Shown: one piece after another, positions 1 to 12,729 of the stretch | Numbering within the stretch: the stretch's first letter is position 1 | Layout of the letters: each line of letters opens with the position of its first letter | NCBI RefSeq assembly: GCF_001194135.2 | Contig: NC_068982.1 | Span: 74,115,230 to 74,179,229 of the forward strand | Source of the DNA: Octopus bimaculoides | Taxonomy: Eukaryota | DNA: 64,000 nt | Direction: 5' to 3' | Notes under the pieces: generated by a model | The model's database searches: none | Told to the model about the DNA's origin: nothing | Seen by the model: only the letters and a program-made list of their open reading frames with translations | Translations under genes and position numbers: made by a program

Positions 1-417
1 TGAACACTGTATCTGTGACTGTCTGGCAACAGTACGTATGGACTTTATAGGAGATATTTTCCTCAGATAATTTTGGTTGTCCACTCTTCCCTTTATCCAA
101 TACTGTTTTTGTTTCCATAAATTTCTTGTGCCATGCATGACTTTATGGATACTTAATCCTGTAGTTTTGCTGGGTCTGCATGTCTGATTTTGTTTCAATA
201 AACCATCATACACATTGTGTCTTTTCTTGAAGAGTAGCCATTTTTTAAGGGTTTCATTTAACAGAACCCTTTTCCACCAACAGAGTACCTGAAAAACACA
301 AATGCAATGTGGTTAAAACTTTTGATAACCACTGAGTACATAGAACAAATCTATTACACATATCCAATCAATTGCCTTTGTAATAAATTTTTGAAGTTGT
401 AAAGAAACTTTATGGAC

Positions 418-449
<32 letters not shown>

Positions 450-996
450 AGTGTGTGTGTGTGTCTTTGTCTCCTCCACATTTCTTGACAACCAGGGTTG
501 GTTTGTTTACATCCCTGTAACGTAGCAGTTAAGCAAAAGGATTTGATAGAATAAATATCACACTAAGTACTGGGGTCATTTTATCTTGTTTGACTAAACC
601 CTTCATGGTCGTTCTCCAGCATGGCCATACTCAATGACTGAAAGATATTTCTGTTGAAATACATTGCCTTTGATTTGATTAATTTTGAAAATAATGAAGA
701 ATTTAGTTAAATAATGATGTCATTATTAAGTTGGAGTTTGGAATCTAAATTAACAAGAAATTTTGATGGAAGATTTTTATTTAGAGCATTTTAAAACTTG
801 AAGTTTGTATCATAGTACCTGATGCAGTTTCAGGTGGGTTGATATCAAAAGATTTAACTTGGACACCCTGTTCTCAGGTGTCTTGCTGTAGAGGAGGTAC
901 ATAGCTACCCTAGCAAGAAAGAGAGAAATGATGGTGGAGATAATGTATCAGGGTGAACGCTCAGGTAATTGTATAATTAGATACCTATGGGCATAG

Positions 997-1046
<50 letters not shown>

Positions 1047-1852
1047 ATGAAAACTATATATTTATTTATATGTACTTGTAATTTTAATCTTTATTTTTGT
1101 GACAAAAGGTACATGTTAACTAGATTTTATAATTATATTTCAAATGTAGTGGTGAGGAGAGAGACATTGTAAATTGTTTAGGGAGTTTTCAGTCATCTGA
1201 ATCTGCATTCAGGTTTATAATTCCCAGTTGGGAATGTTTCATGTGTGTTGATAATACCTTTTGAGAAAAGCATTTTGCACATTGTTTTACTTTGAATATT
1301 CTGCAGCTTTCTACTTTCCATAGCAGCTTCAAGCTAAAATTCAAGTAAATAACCTCATCAAGGGGAGATTATTCCCATTGGTCTCTTGAACTTACTAAAT
1401 AGTAGCAGTTATTTTTTATTTTGTTTTTCCATAATAGTGGTGATTTAAAGATAATATACATCTAGTTTGGGTTTAGATGTTTATTTTGTGCATTTTATTG
1501 TTTTTAGACTGTGTACTTGCGTTCACCTAGCATACATAGATTCTCTATGATAGCTAAATTTTATTGTGATACAAGTGTCCAAGAAAGATTCCTCTCTTAG
1601 TTCAGAGTTACAAAAATATCACAATTATATCTAATGCACAGCTATTTACATATCATTGGTATCCATAGAGGTCTAACTTTTTAGTAATTTTATGCAATAT
1701 CTGGATTTTATTTTAGTTCCGTTTTATCCATAGATTAAGGTGGATCTTTATGTTTATAGATTTGAGCAGGTGCCCCTCACCCAGCCCCACCCCAATCTCC
1801 CCCTACCCTCTCTTTTGGAATGTGAGTTATCATGTAGCTCTTTTACAGTGAG

Positions 1853-1930
1853 AAATCTGTTCTGCACTGGTCCCTTCATAAATCTTTTTCTGCGCTAGTC
1901 CCTTCATAATCTGTTCTGCGCTGGTCCCTT
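1853..1930. repeat. short tandem repeat, ~3 x 28 bp (aatctgttctgcgctggtcccttcat)
   Basis: Three diverged direct units. Confidence 0.75.
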
Positions 1931-3944
1931 TCTTCATCTTCTAACATAAAGCTGCTTCACTTGGGGTTCATAGTCTTGCAAACTGCATGGCAACCTTGTC
2001 AGTGCAGATGGCATGGAAAAAGCATCCAGTACATATTGTAAAGTGTTTGGTATTAGAAAAGGCATTCAGCTGTAGAAACCATTCCAAAGTAGACAATGGA
2101 GCACAATACAATCCTCGGATGTCTGATTCTGTCAAATCATCCATCCCATGCCAGCATAGATTATGGATGTTAATGATGATGATAAGGTGATTATTGTCCT
2201 TGTATAAGAGTATAATATATTGTATTTTGGCAAAGTATTATTTAATAATCCAACACCACAAATACTCATCCTCTTCACACCTTCTTGTACAAAATTAAAA
2301 ACTATTTTTCTTAAGTATGCTAAGATACAAAAAACATTTTCACATGCTTTTATTTGCAGAAATATTACATAATCACCTGCTGTCAAAAGGAGCGAGTGAC
2401 CAAACCACTTAATCATTAAACTTAGTCTAGTTTCCCTTGATAATCTTTTCATAAATCTGTGATCTCAGTTGAACTATTTTAATCATTCTATTCTATAAGT
2501 TATTTGTTTTCTTAAAAATGAAGAAAAAGTGCTTTTAACCTCTTTTCCCCTTCACTCATCTTAATGTGGGTACCATGAATGGCTTTTGTTATTTTAAATA
2601 TTTGGCTGATGTGGTTAAGAAGTCTGCTTCTTGATTTCATGGTTTATGTTCAGTCTCACTGCATGGTACTTTGGGCAAGTGTTTTCTTCTATAGCTCTGG
2701 GCTGACCAAAGCCTTGTTAGTGGATTTGGCTGACAGAAACTGAAAGAAGCTTGTGTGTGTGTGTGTGTGTGTTTGTGTGCCCCCTCACTTGATTATTGGT
2801 GTTGGTTTATTTATGTCCCCATAACATTGCAGTTTAGTAAAAGAGACTATTACAATAAGTACCAGACTTGAGAAATAACTATTGGTGTTAATTTGTTCAA
2901 CTAAACCCTTCAAGGCATTGCCCCAGCATGGCTGCAGTCCAATGACTGAAACAAGTAAAAGATAAAAGGTACAAACACACTTTTATATCAAGTTATAAGA
3001 AGAGCAATTGCAATTTAACATTAAACTAAAGGATTAGTGAATACTTCTTGTAGAGTACATATTTATTATACATTTATAAGAATAGTGGTGATAGTATTTT
3101 CAGCCTGCTAGCTTTCCTTGGAGTGTTACTATCACCACACACACACACACGAACGTATATATTTTTATATATACACAAAGACGTATATACGCTTATACAT
3201 ACACACATATATGTATGTATGTCCTGGGTATGACTTTAAACAACATCCGGTAGTGGGGTCCTCCGTTTCAGGAGTTCCAAGGTTTTGAGGAGTGTGAAAC
3301 CACCCCTTAGCCACTATTGTTTCCAGGTCTATTCTGTCCTTGAGTGGTAACACCTTCAGGGTCCCAGCTGTGGGTTAGCTAACACATGAGCAGCAGGCTG
3401 TAGAAATAGTTGGGTTGGTGTTCGAGGGCACATTAAACTCACTTGGAGTGAAGGATCCTTGATCTTTGCTAAGGCATCCATCTAGGAGTTGACTAACTCA
3501 TATATAAAACCTGTTGCTCTACTGAGTTTGATATCTTGCTCTTTGCTTGTCTCTGGGCACTTCTTGGTATTGCTAGTGAGAGTCATTTTGGTATTGTGCA
3601 AGCTGCACTCAACTTAAAACCATTGCTTGTGCACAGCTGACGCTGACCTGTCAGCAGTGGTCATGCTCATCTAACAAGTAGACATCCATCATGTATGTAT
3701 ACACACATATGCAAATGTTTTTGTTAAACTAATTTTATACATTATAGTGATGAAGTTTTGTGTTGACAATTTTCTTAGTGTCTACCTTGAGTATTTACTC
3801 TTGACTCATGCCTGGTTTGTTTGTAGTTGTGGATATATATGTGTACACTTACATCACATACTCTCAATCATGTAATGAGTGCTATCTTCACTTAGGCATT
3901 GCTTCATATAATAAATATCAATGTTTTATACTTGTCAATATATT

Positions 3945-3962
3945 GTCCTTAATGTTACAAAG
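3945..3962 (+). other. U12-type branch site and 3' splice site
   Basis: GTCCTTAAT, branch A ~10 nt from the AG, no polypyrimidine tract (GTTACAAAG). Confidence 0.7.
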
Positions 3963-4028
3963 ATGGCTGCTGCAGATGATGTACGGTTTGAAGCAGCTAG
4001 TGTTTTGGCACAGATTTATGAAAAGCAG
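3963..4028 (+). CDS. MAU2: MAU2 window exon 1 ([22 protein letters not shown])
   Basis: 66 nt. Aligns without gaps to human IPQFEDVKFEAASLLSELYCQE (recalled). Donor CAG|GTAGGT; acceptor AAG preceded by a U12-like branch site. Confidence 0.85.
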
Positions 4029-7000
4029 GTAGGTGCTTCTTGTTTTTATATTTTTTAAAATTTCTTTTTCAGTCCTCAGTTCTGACAACATTCCCTCCAT
4101 CTTTCTTGTAATTTCTTTTTCACTTGAATTTCCATTTTAAATATTTCTGTTAGATGTGTACATTTGAAGATAAATGGTTAAAGATGGGTTTACTTGGGTT
4201 TACTGTTAAGTGGCAACTGTTTTATTATAGCTTGGTAGACTTAAGACAATCAGGGCACACTGCAGTTGTTGTAATTGTTTGATTTCATAAATTAATGGTT
4301 TGTAATGCAAGAGATTAAATATTAAATTATATTGAAATTATAATTGTGTGCTGCATTGTAAAAGTTATCAAAGATCTCTGTATTGTCATTTACATTTTAT
4401 GAATGATATCCAAAATTCCTTGTCTTGCAAGTTACTTGGTAACTTTGCTGGTGCCCTGTAAAAAGCATCCAGTCCACATTATGAAGTGGTTGACATTTGG
4501 AAGGGTATCCAGCTGTAAAAACCATGCCAAAACAGACACAGTAGCCTGGTGTAGTCTTCTGGCCAGCTCCTGTCAAACCATCCAGCCCATGCCAGCATGG
4601 AAGGAGAACCTTAAATGATGATGATGATGAACCAGTTGTCTGTTGGCTTAGAAGCCCTGGAAAGGCTAGAGGCACTAATCTTCCTCCCCTGGAGACTAAT
4701 TCATAATTGTGAAACCCAGAAACCATTTGGTTGTACAGGTGCCACTGAAAATTCTCTGTTTTATATATAATATGTTTAAAGTTAGTTAGTTTGACAGAAC
4801 TATACTTACAAGAGGAACTGAACTGAACACTCATCAGGTTTACAGTGCTACTATTTCTTACAGCAAGGACTTGGTCATTTTATTGGGTTTACTTCTGTCT
4901 GTTACTCACTTCAAAACTACCACTTCATACCTTGGGTACCGTTGGTGGACCTTATTCTTTTTGCAAGTATTTAGGCCAGATGTTTGGTCTGAAGATACCC
5001 AGACTCCCTCCCAACAATCTTGGAGGCCCTGTGAAGGCACATCGACATTGCCTTTCATTCTGATTCAGGTTTCCCAGTTTGCCCGGTGTATAAGTGACTG
5101 AGATTTCAATACTTCCCCTTGAACAGGACACTGGTTCATTGCAGGGTTAACTTCTCAGCTGTTGCTGGAACTCATTTATAGCTGGGTGAACTGGAGCAAT
5201 GTGAAATGAAATGTTTTGCTCAAGCACACAATGCACTACCTGCTCTGAGAATCAAAACCATAACCTTGTGATTGTGAGTGCAACATCCTGACCACAAGAC
5301 CATGCATTTTCATTTGATTACTAAAAGTTTAAAAAGAAAAAAGTTGTTAACTTTTGTTCAGTTGATGTTGAACACATTTCTTTGTGGCTCTGAATTGGAT
5401 TTTGATAAAACAGAGTAACATCCATCAATTTGCTATTGGTGCTGACCTTCCTTCATACTGGTTGTTGATCCATTAGCTAGTGTGGCTGTGTCTGCAAGAA
5501 TACAGAGGCTGTTGGCTGGTGCGGTTACATCTGTTAGAATGCACAGTCTGTTAATATTTGGTATTCTAAAACAGCCTGTGATCAGGAGACATGGAGGGCT
5601 GGACCTAGTTTCTTAGCATAGTTAGATCTTACCCATGTTGGGTTGGTGGTGATAAGGAACTAAACTAGTTGAATGTTGGGTCTGAGGACTTGTGTCCCAT
5701 GTCATGTTTGTAAGTTTACTAATGATGTTGTGAGCACTCACTTCTGCCTTTGTTTTTAAAACTACATTTTATGGTTCTGTTTTTAACCAGGTTGAGTGGA
5801 CTATTTGTGATTTGAAGTGTGTGAGAGTGTGAGGGGATAAATCTCTCATATTTTACATGGCCATTGGTGTGTTATGAGTGAAGTTTGTCAGGTGGTAATG
5901 GTGCCTTCATGTAGCAAATGTTTTACAGTTTTTTTTTCCAGGTACCATGATTTGGATTGGTGCACACCATGCATATTTGTTGAAACATTGGTCAACCTAT
6001 AAAATGTGGGAAGTTTGTTTGTTGCACTCTGTATCTAAATGATTGAAAATTATAAGCGACAGATGAATAGACTAAATTGAAAATTTTGTTAAAACAACTC
6101 AGCTAGGAACTTTGGTCATAAAAAATCCTTTTGAGGAAATATTTGAGTTTACCTTATTCGTTAAACTATGTTAGATATATGAAATCTTTTTTTTCTTTTG
6201 TGATCCATAATCTTGTCTTACACGAGTTTTTATTGATCTTTTATAGCAGCAAGTAGACCGTGCTAAACCTATTTTGAAAAAGGCAATTGAGGTGTCACAG
6301 CAAGCTCCCTATTGGCATTGTCGACTTCTTTTCCATCTTGCAGTAAGTATTGCTTTTTATGTTGGATAGATTTGTGTTGAATAATGCCTTCTGAGTGAAT
6401 TTGATAGATGGAAACTGTAGGAAACCTTGTGTGTGTGTATGTCTCCGTCTATGTACATGTAGGTGCATTGATGATGTTTACACTCCTTGTTGACACTGTT
6501 ACTGGTTGTTCTTTGCTTTTGAAGACCTGTGAAATAAAAAAAAAATCCCTTCTTTAAAAAAACAAACAAACAAACAGGTGAGAATTGGTAATAAAAAGGG
6601 CATCTGACTAAAATCCTGCTTCAAAATCAATTTCTATCCAAGCCATGTTATGGAAAAACAAACAATGTAACAAATGGACTCAAACACATCAAATCACCAA
6701 ATTGCTTCAAGTGATTGTGGCCTTTGGCAGTTTGCCAATAAAGGGCCTGAAGAAATGCTAAGCATTTTGTTTGATGTGCTAACATTGTCAGTTTTACTAT
6801 CTTAACAATAATCCTTTCTACTATCAGCACAAGGGCTGAAATTTGTGGGTAGGGGCTCTAGTTGATTGCATCGACCCCAGTGCTTGACTGGTACTTAATT
6901 TAGCAATCCTGAAAGGATAAAAAGCAAAGTTGATCTCTGTAGAATTTGGATTCAGAATGTAAAGATGAATGAAATGCTAAGCATTTTGGCCAGTGTGCTA

Positions 7001-10000
7001 ACGATTCTGCCAGCTCACCACCTTAAATGTTAGCTCGCTTATAATAATAATAGATCACTGACATAGGCACAAGGCGACACATTATAAGGGGCGGTTTAGT
7101 CATTGAATGAATCCCAGTACTTAGTTGGTACTTATTGTATCAATGATGAAAAAAATGGTGAAAGTACAAGGCTTGTTCTGAATACTCTAAATCTCTACCA
7201 TTTCTTCAGTTCCACTACTCTATCAATGAGGATAACATTCCCAGGAGTTGAAACAATAATTTAATTGTGGCATTAATATTAGTTTCTGCCATAAATAATG
7301 AGACCAGGAATTTTGAGGAAATAGAAATGTATATTGTAATGTTTGTGCCTTTGTCAAGGACATAAGTTGTGGAAATAAAATGAAGTGGTTCCAACTGGGA
7401 ATCAAATCAACTGGGAGTTGATTTGATTTAACAGGATGTTTATAGCACACAAGCTTGTCAATTATTATTTACATGCCAACTAAAAAGAAGGTTTTATATA
7501 TATATATATATTAATATATAGCAGAAGTAATAGAGTGACTCAAGGACCAAGAGTTTTGTGCATTGGCACTTATCAAGGCTGAAAGTTTTGTGTGTTGGCA
7601 CTTATCATACTAGTTTGATAAGTGCCAATGATGTCCGAAACTCTCATCCCTTGAGTCACTCTGTTGCTTCTGCTTAATATCAATGAAAATATTCATTTAC
7701 TCATATTTTGAATTCTATTTCTTCTGTTTGCATCACTGCACCTGTGTGTATACATAGAAGGGATCCATATAGTGATCTCTCATATTTATATATATATACT
7801 TTTAGTTAAATTAGGAATTAAAGCCTCTGCCTATAAATTGATAAATCTGAACATCTCTGCAACTAGATCTCAGTTAAATTGACCATTTTATTTGGAATCA
7901 TTTTGTTTATTGCATTGTTTTAAATAGAATTTGTTTTTATTGTTTTTTGTTTTTTTTGCCTTTGATCAGCAAATCCATGCCTCTGAACGAGACTATGTGT
8001 CTGCATGCCAGTTATTGGGTGTTGGTTCCGAATTTGCTTTGTCAGCCAAGTCTGATTACCTACGCCTATTGTTTCTACTCAGTAAAGGAATGGTAAGTTC
8101 CATCTCATTGCAAAGTCATTGCTCCTTACTCCACCTGTAGTTTAATTTTTTCTTGGCTCTCCTCTGAATATTTTTAGTCCCAAATTATTGCACTGTGGTT
8201 TATTTGTAGGCCTTCCATTGACAAATCTTTTACTCATCTTTGGAAATGTCCAGCGGGTAAGGCATAATGAATTTGAGGAGCAATAGCCTTTATACATGTA
8301 TTACACAGGGCCACCAATATATGAGATATTCTCTGGTGTTACATGAACCAGTCTCCTTGCCTAAGGGTTAAAGCTTAAACTGTGGTTAATCCTTTCGCAT
8401 TCAGATTTTTTGCCAAATGTATTGCTTATTTATTCACATTGCTTTGAATTAATCTTGCATTATTTTGTAGCTTCAAGATTTAATGGTGTTTGTATATTTT
8501 TAGAATGACATTGTAGGGTAGATATGAGAGGTTGGTTCTGGTCAGTTTTAAACATAAAACAGATTATTTGGGCTGGGTATGGCCAGATTAAATGCTAAAG
8601 GGTTAAGGGATAAGCTCAGGAGAGCAGGGGACTAACAGAGTAAACTTTAACTGAACAAGCAGAAGGCAAACAGAAAAATCACTGTTGTATCTTTCACAAG
8701 AAAAATCATAAATGTTAATACTTGGGCATGGAAGTTCATGATCGTTGATGCCCTTATGCATGGCACGTATAGAGAAGAGATAACAGATATGGTTTAAAGT
8801 TGAATTTCAAGTTGGATTAATGTTAGTGTTACTTTTTAAATTTCATTTTGTCTGTCTTTATTGATTATTTGTACCTATTTGATTTTCTTGTTTCTTTATT
8901 TCTAGTTACTATTAGTTGATAAAAAGATGCCTGAGGTGAAGGAGGTTCTTTCAATGGCCGGTGCTTTAATTGAACGTTATCAAGGATCACCAACTCAAAA
9001 AGAATCTCTTAATGTATTTTTCTTAGTTCTTCAAGTTTGTCACTATTTAATGGCTGGGCAGGTGTGTATATAATATATTGTTTTTTCCTTTCTTTTTTCT
9101 TTTTTGGCTTTTGTCATTCAAACTTTTAATTTTCATCATTCAACCTTTAAGTGTGTCAAGCTAAGTGAAATCGTATCTGTGGCCATTGCTGGTGACATGC
9201 GAAAAGCACCTGTGCTGGTGACACATTAAAGATACCCAGTACATTCTGTGGAATGGTTGGCATTAGGAAGGGCAACCAGCTGTAGAAACCGAGCCTAAAC
9301 AGATGGAGCCTGGTGCAGCTCTCCAATTTACCATCCCCAGTCAAACCATCTTACTTATGCCAGTATGGAAAACCGATGCTAAATGATGATAATGATGATG
9401 TATCATTTCCGTTGTTATTGATATATTTCATTCTTTCTAAGTAAGATATTTATTGGAATTGTCTGTTGATTGTGATATATTCTTAACTTGTCTAGGCACA
9501 GGTGTGAGCATAGATGTAGGGTGTAGCCATTGGCACAGAGGTAGCTGTGTGGTTAAGAAGTTCACTTTGCAACCATATGGTTTTGGGTTTAGTCCCACTG
9601 TGTGGCACCTTGGGCAAGTGTTTTATTAATCTAAACCCTTCAGGGTGATGCCCCAGAATGGTTGCAGTCCAATGATTGGAACACGTAAAGATAAATTGTT
9701 TTAGAATTATTTTATTACTAAAGTGTTTAACTGTTATATGATGAGTAACTTTGAAGTATACTTTTGCTACAGTGGGTAATAGCAGTAAATATGACATACA
9801 TATATTAATTATAATTCATCTTTTATCGCGTTATTTGATGCTTATACAAAATGAGGAAATGAATACTAATTTTCAAAATGAAAATATGTATCACTAAAAT
9901 GAAATTAAATAAACCAAATTTCTCATTTGCATAATTATTATGATTTATTCCCTCTCCTCTTCCTCCTGCCACCAAGTCTAGTTTATGCACCTGCCCTATA

Positions 10001-12567
10001 CCTCCTATGTTTGCTCTATCTCTCTTTCATTCTCTCACTCCCTCTCTATCTGGTGTAAAATGTGACTGGTTGTTGTTGTTGGCACTCCGTTGCTTACGAC
10101 GTCGAGGGTTCCAGTTGATCCGATCAACGGAACAACCTGCTCGTGAAATTAACGTGCAAGTGGCTGAGCACTCCACGGACACGTGCACCTTTAACGTAGT
10201 TCTCGGGGGATATTCAGCGTGACACAGTGACAAGGCTGATCCTTTGAATTACAGGCACAACAGAAACATGAAGTAAGAGTGAGAGAAAGTTGTGGTGAAA
10301 GAGTACAGCAGGGTTCGTAACCATCCCCTGCCGGAGTCTCGTGGAGCTTTAGGTGTTTTTGCTCAATAAACACTCACAACGCCCGGTCTGGGAATCGAAA
10401 CCGCGATCCTATGGCTGCCATTGTGCCTCCACTAACGTGACTGGAAAAATAAATCAGCCAACATTTATATTGAATTATATTATATGCAGATGCTTTTCTA
10501 AAAACAAAAATGTATATCAGTAGAATGGAGCATAATCTAATGTTTGTTTTAATTAAATATTTAATTCTCTTAGCCCTTTTGATATCAACTCACCTGAGAA
10601 TGAATGCCTCTGGCTCTATGATGCAAACTTCCTGTTTTGAAGTGATCTCAATTAAAAGCTTTCCATCAAAATTACATGTTAATTTGTACTCTAAACACCA
10701 GCCTAATAACGACTGAGTTGTTTTACTAAATTTTTCATTATTTTCAAATTTTGAAATGAAGGAAGTGTACTTCAGTAGAAATACAATAATGAAAGGGTTA
10801 ATATCTCCTGTTAATTATTAATCAATTAATTCTTATTTCAGTATCAGAAATCAGTTAATTTAATGCCAAATCAGTTGTTTTTTAATTTTTTGTTCTCTTT
10901 CAGGTAAAAAGTGTAAAACCATGTTTAAAACAGTTACAACAGAGTATACAAACAGTTACCCAGTTACATTCAGATGATGGTAAGTTGAAAAAAATTTTTT
11001 TTATTTAAAATTGAAAGATGATTAATAGAACTAAAGACATTAAACTATTTAGACATGACTCTATATTTAAAATCCAGTGTTATTTTATTATCATGAGATA
11101 CCATTGATGCGTCTAATTCATTGATCATATATCATTTTCATCCTTGTTTAATGTCCACTTTTCCATGCTTGCATTGGTCACACAGAATTTTGTTGAGACA
11201 GATTTTCTTCAGCCAGGTGCCCTTTCTGTTTCCAAGCAAAGTAATATTTCCCCATGGTTAGACATGTTTTTCTTAGAAGACTGGAAACCAACAATATTGC
11301 TTGTGTGATGGTGGTGTGCTCATTTACAATCATCCCAATGTTATGACAAGAGACCCCCCCCACACACACACACACACATATTGGGTCATCCCATAAATAA
11401 TGTGGTTTTGTCAATTGCATAAACTAAGTCAGACAGGAATGGGATAAACTGCCTGCATCAACTTGATAGAAAAGCAGATAGTAATTTTACCTTTTCTTTA
11501 TTCTTAGTGCAAGTTTTGGAGAGTGCAGTTGAATTTTTAAAGTTATTTTTTTCAAAGCTATAATGGAAGTGATAAAGGAGCATATTTTGCTTTATGAGTT
11601 CAATAAAGGCAACAACACAACAGAATGTGCGAGGAATATTAATGCAGTATATGGGAATCAGACAGTAAGTGCAAGCCAGTGTCAACGGTAGTTCCAGAAG
11701 TTCTGAGAAAGAAACTACAGCCTAGAAGATGAGCCTTGTCCTGGAAGATATGTAGAGCTTGGCGAGGACGTCCTACAAACCCTGATGGAATAAAATCCCA
11801 TTGTAACTGTTGAACTAGCAGAGAAACTTGGATTTGTTATTCAACCATTCATCAACACCTGCATACCATCGGAAAAGTCAACAAATTGGGTCAATGGGTT
11901 CCTCACAAACTTTCCGAGTCTAATCATGCGCAGAGAGTGAATGTGTGCTCTTTTTTGGACTGAATAGTGGTTGGTGATGGAAAAATGGGTTCTCAAGTGC
12001 CATTGACAGTGGTTAGGGAAAGGAGAAACAGTGGCACCCCAGGCTAAAGAAGGTCTTCATCCATGTAAGTTGTTATCTGTTTGGTGGGATATGAAGGGTT
12101 TAGTCCAATTTGAACATTTAAACCCAAATGATAACAAAGGAGATCTACTGCTAGCAGTTTGAGTGGCTCAAGTTGGCACGAGAAGAAAAACAACCATCTT
12201 TGGTTTTGAAACAAAAGATGTTCTTCCATCAGGATAATGCTTGGCTACATATAGCTAGAATAACATTCCAAAGGCTGGAGCAGTTCGAATGGGAAACGAT
12301 ACCCTACTTGGACATTGCCCCATCTGATTATCGTTTATTCTGCAATCCTCAAAATCATTTGGACAGAAAAAATATAAATTCTGTAGACAAGGTCAGAACA
12401 GCACTAGAAGAGTATTTTTTGTCATGGACAAGTAGACTTTTGAAGAGGGGCCTTGCAAGTCTACCAGATAGGTGGAAAATGAAGGAGAGTATATTTTAGA
12501 TTAAAAAAGAACTTTATCTTAATTTTGAAAAATAAAAGTATAAAAAAAACATTATTTATGGGATGAC

Positions 12568-12613
<46 letters not shown>

Positions 12614-12686
12614 TTTGCAGGGATATACTATCCAAGCAGATATCATGTTTGCTCTCAGTTTGGTTCCATTCTCATTATTATTAATG

Positions 12687-12729
<43 letters not shown>

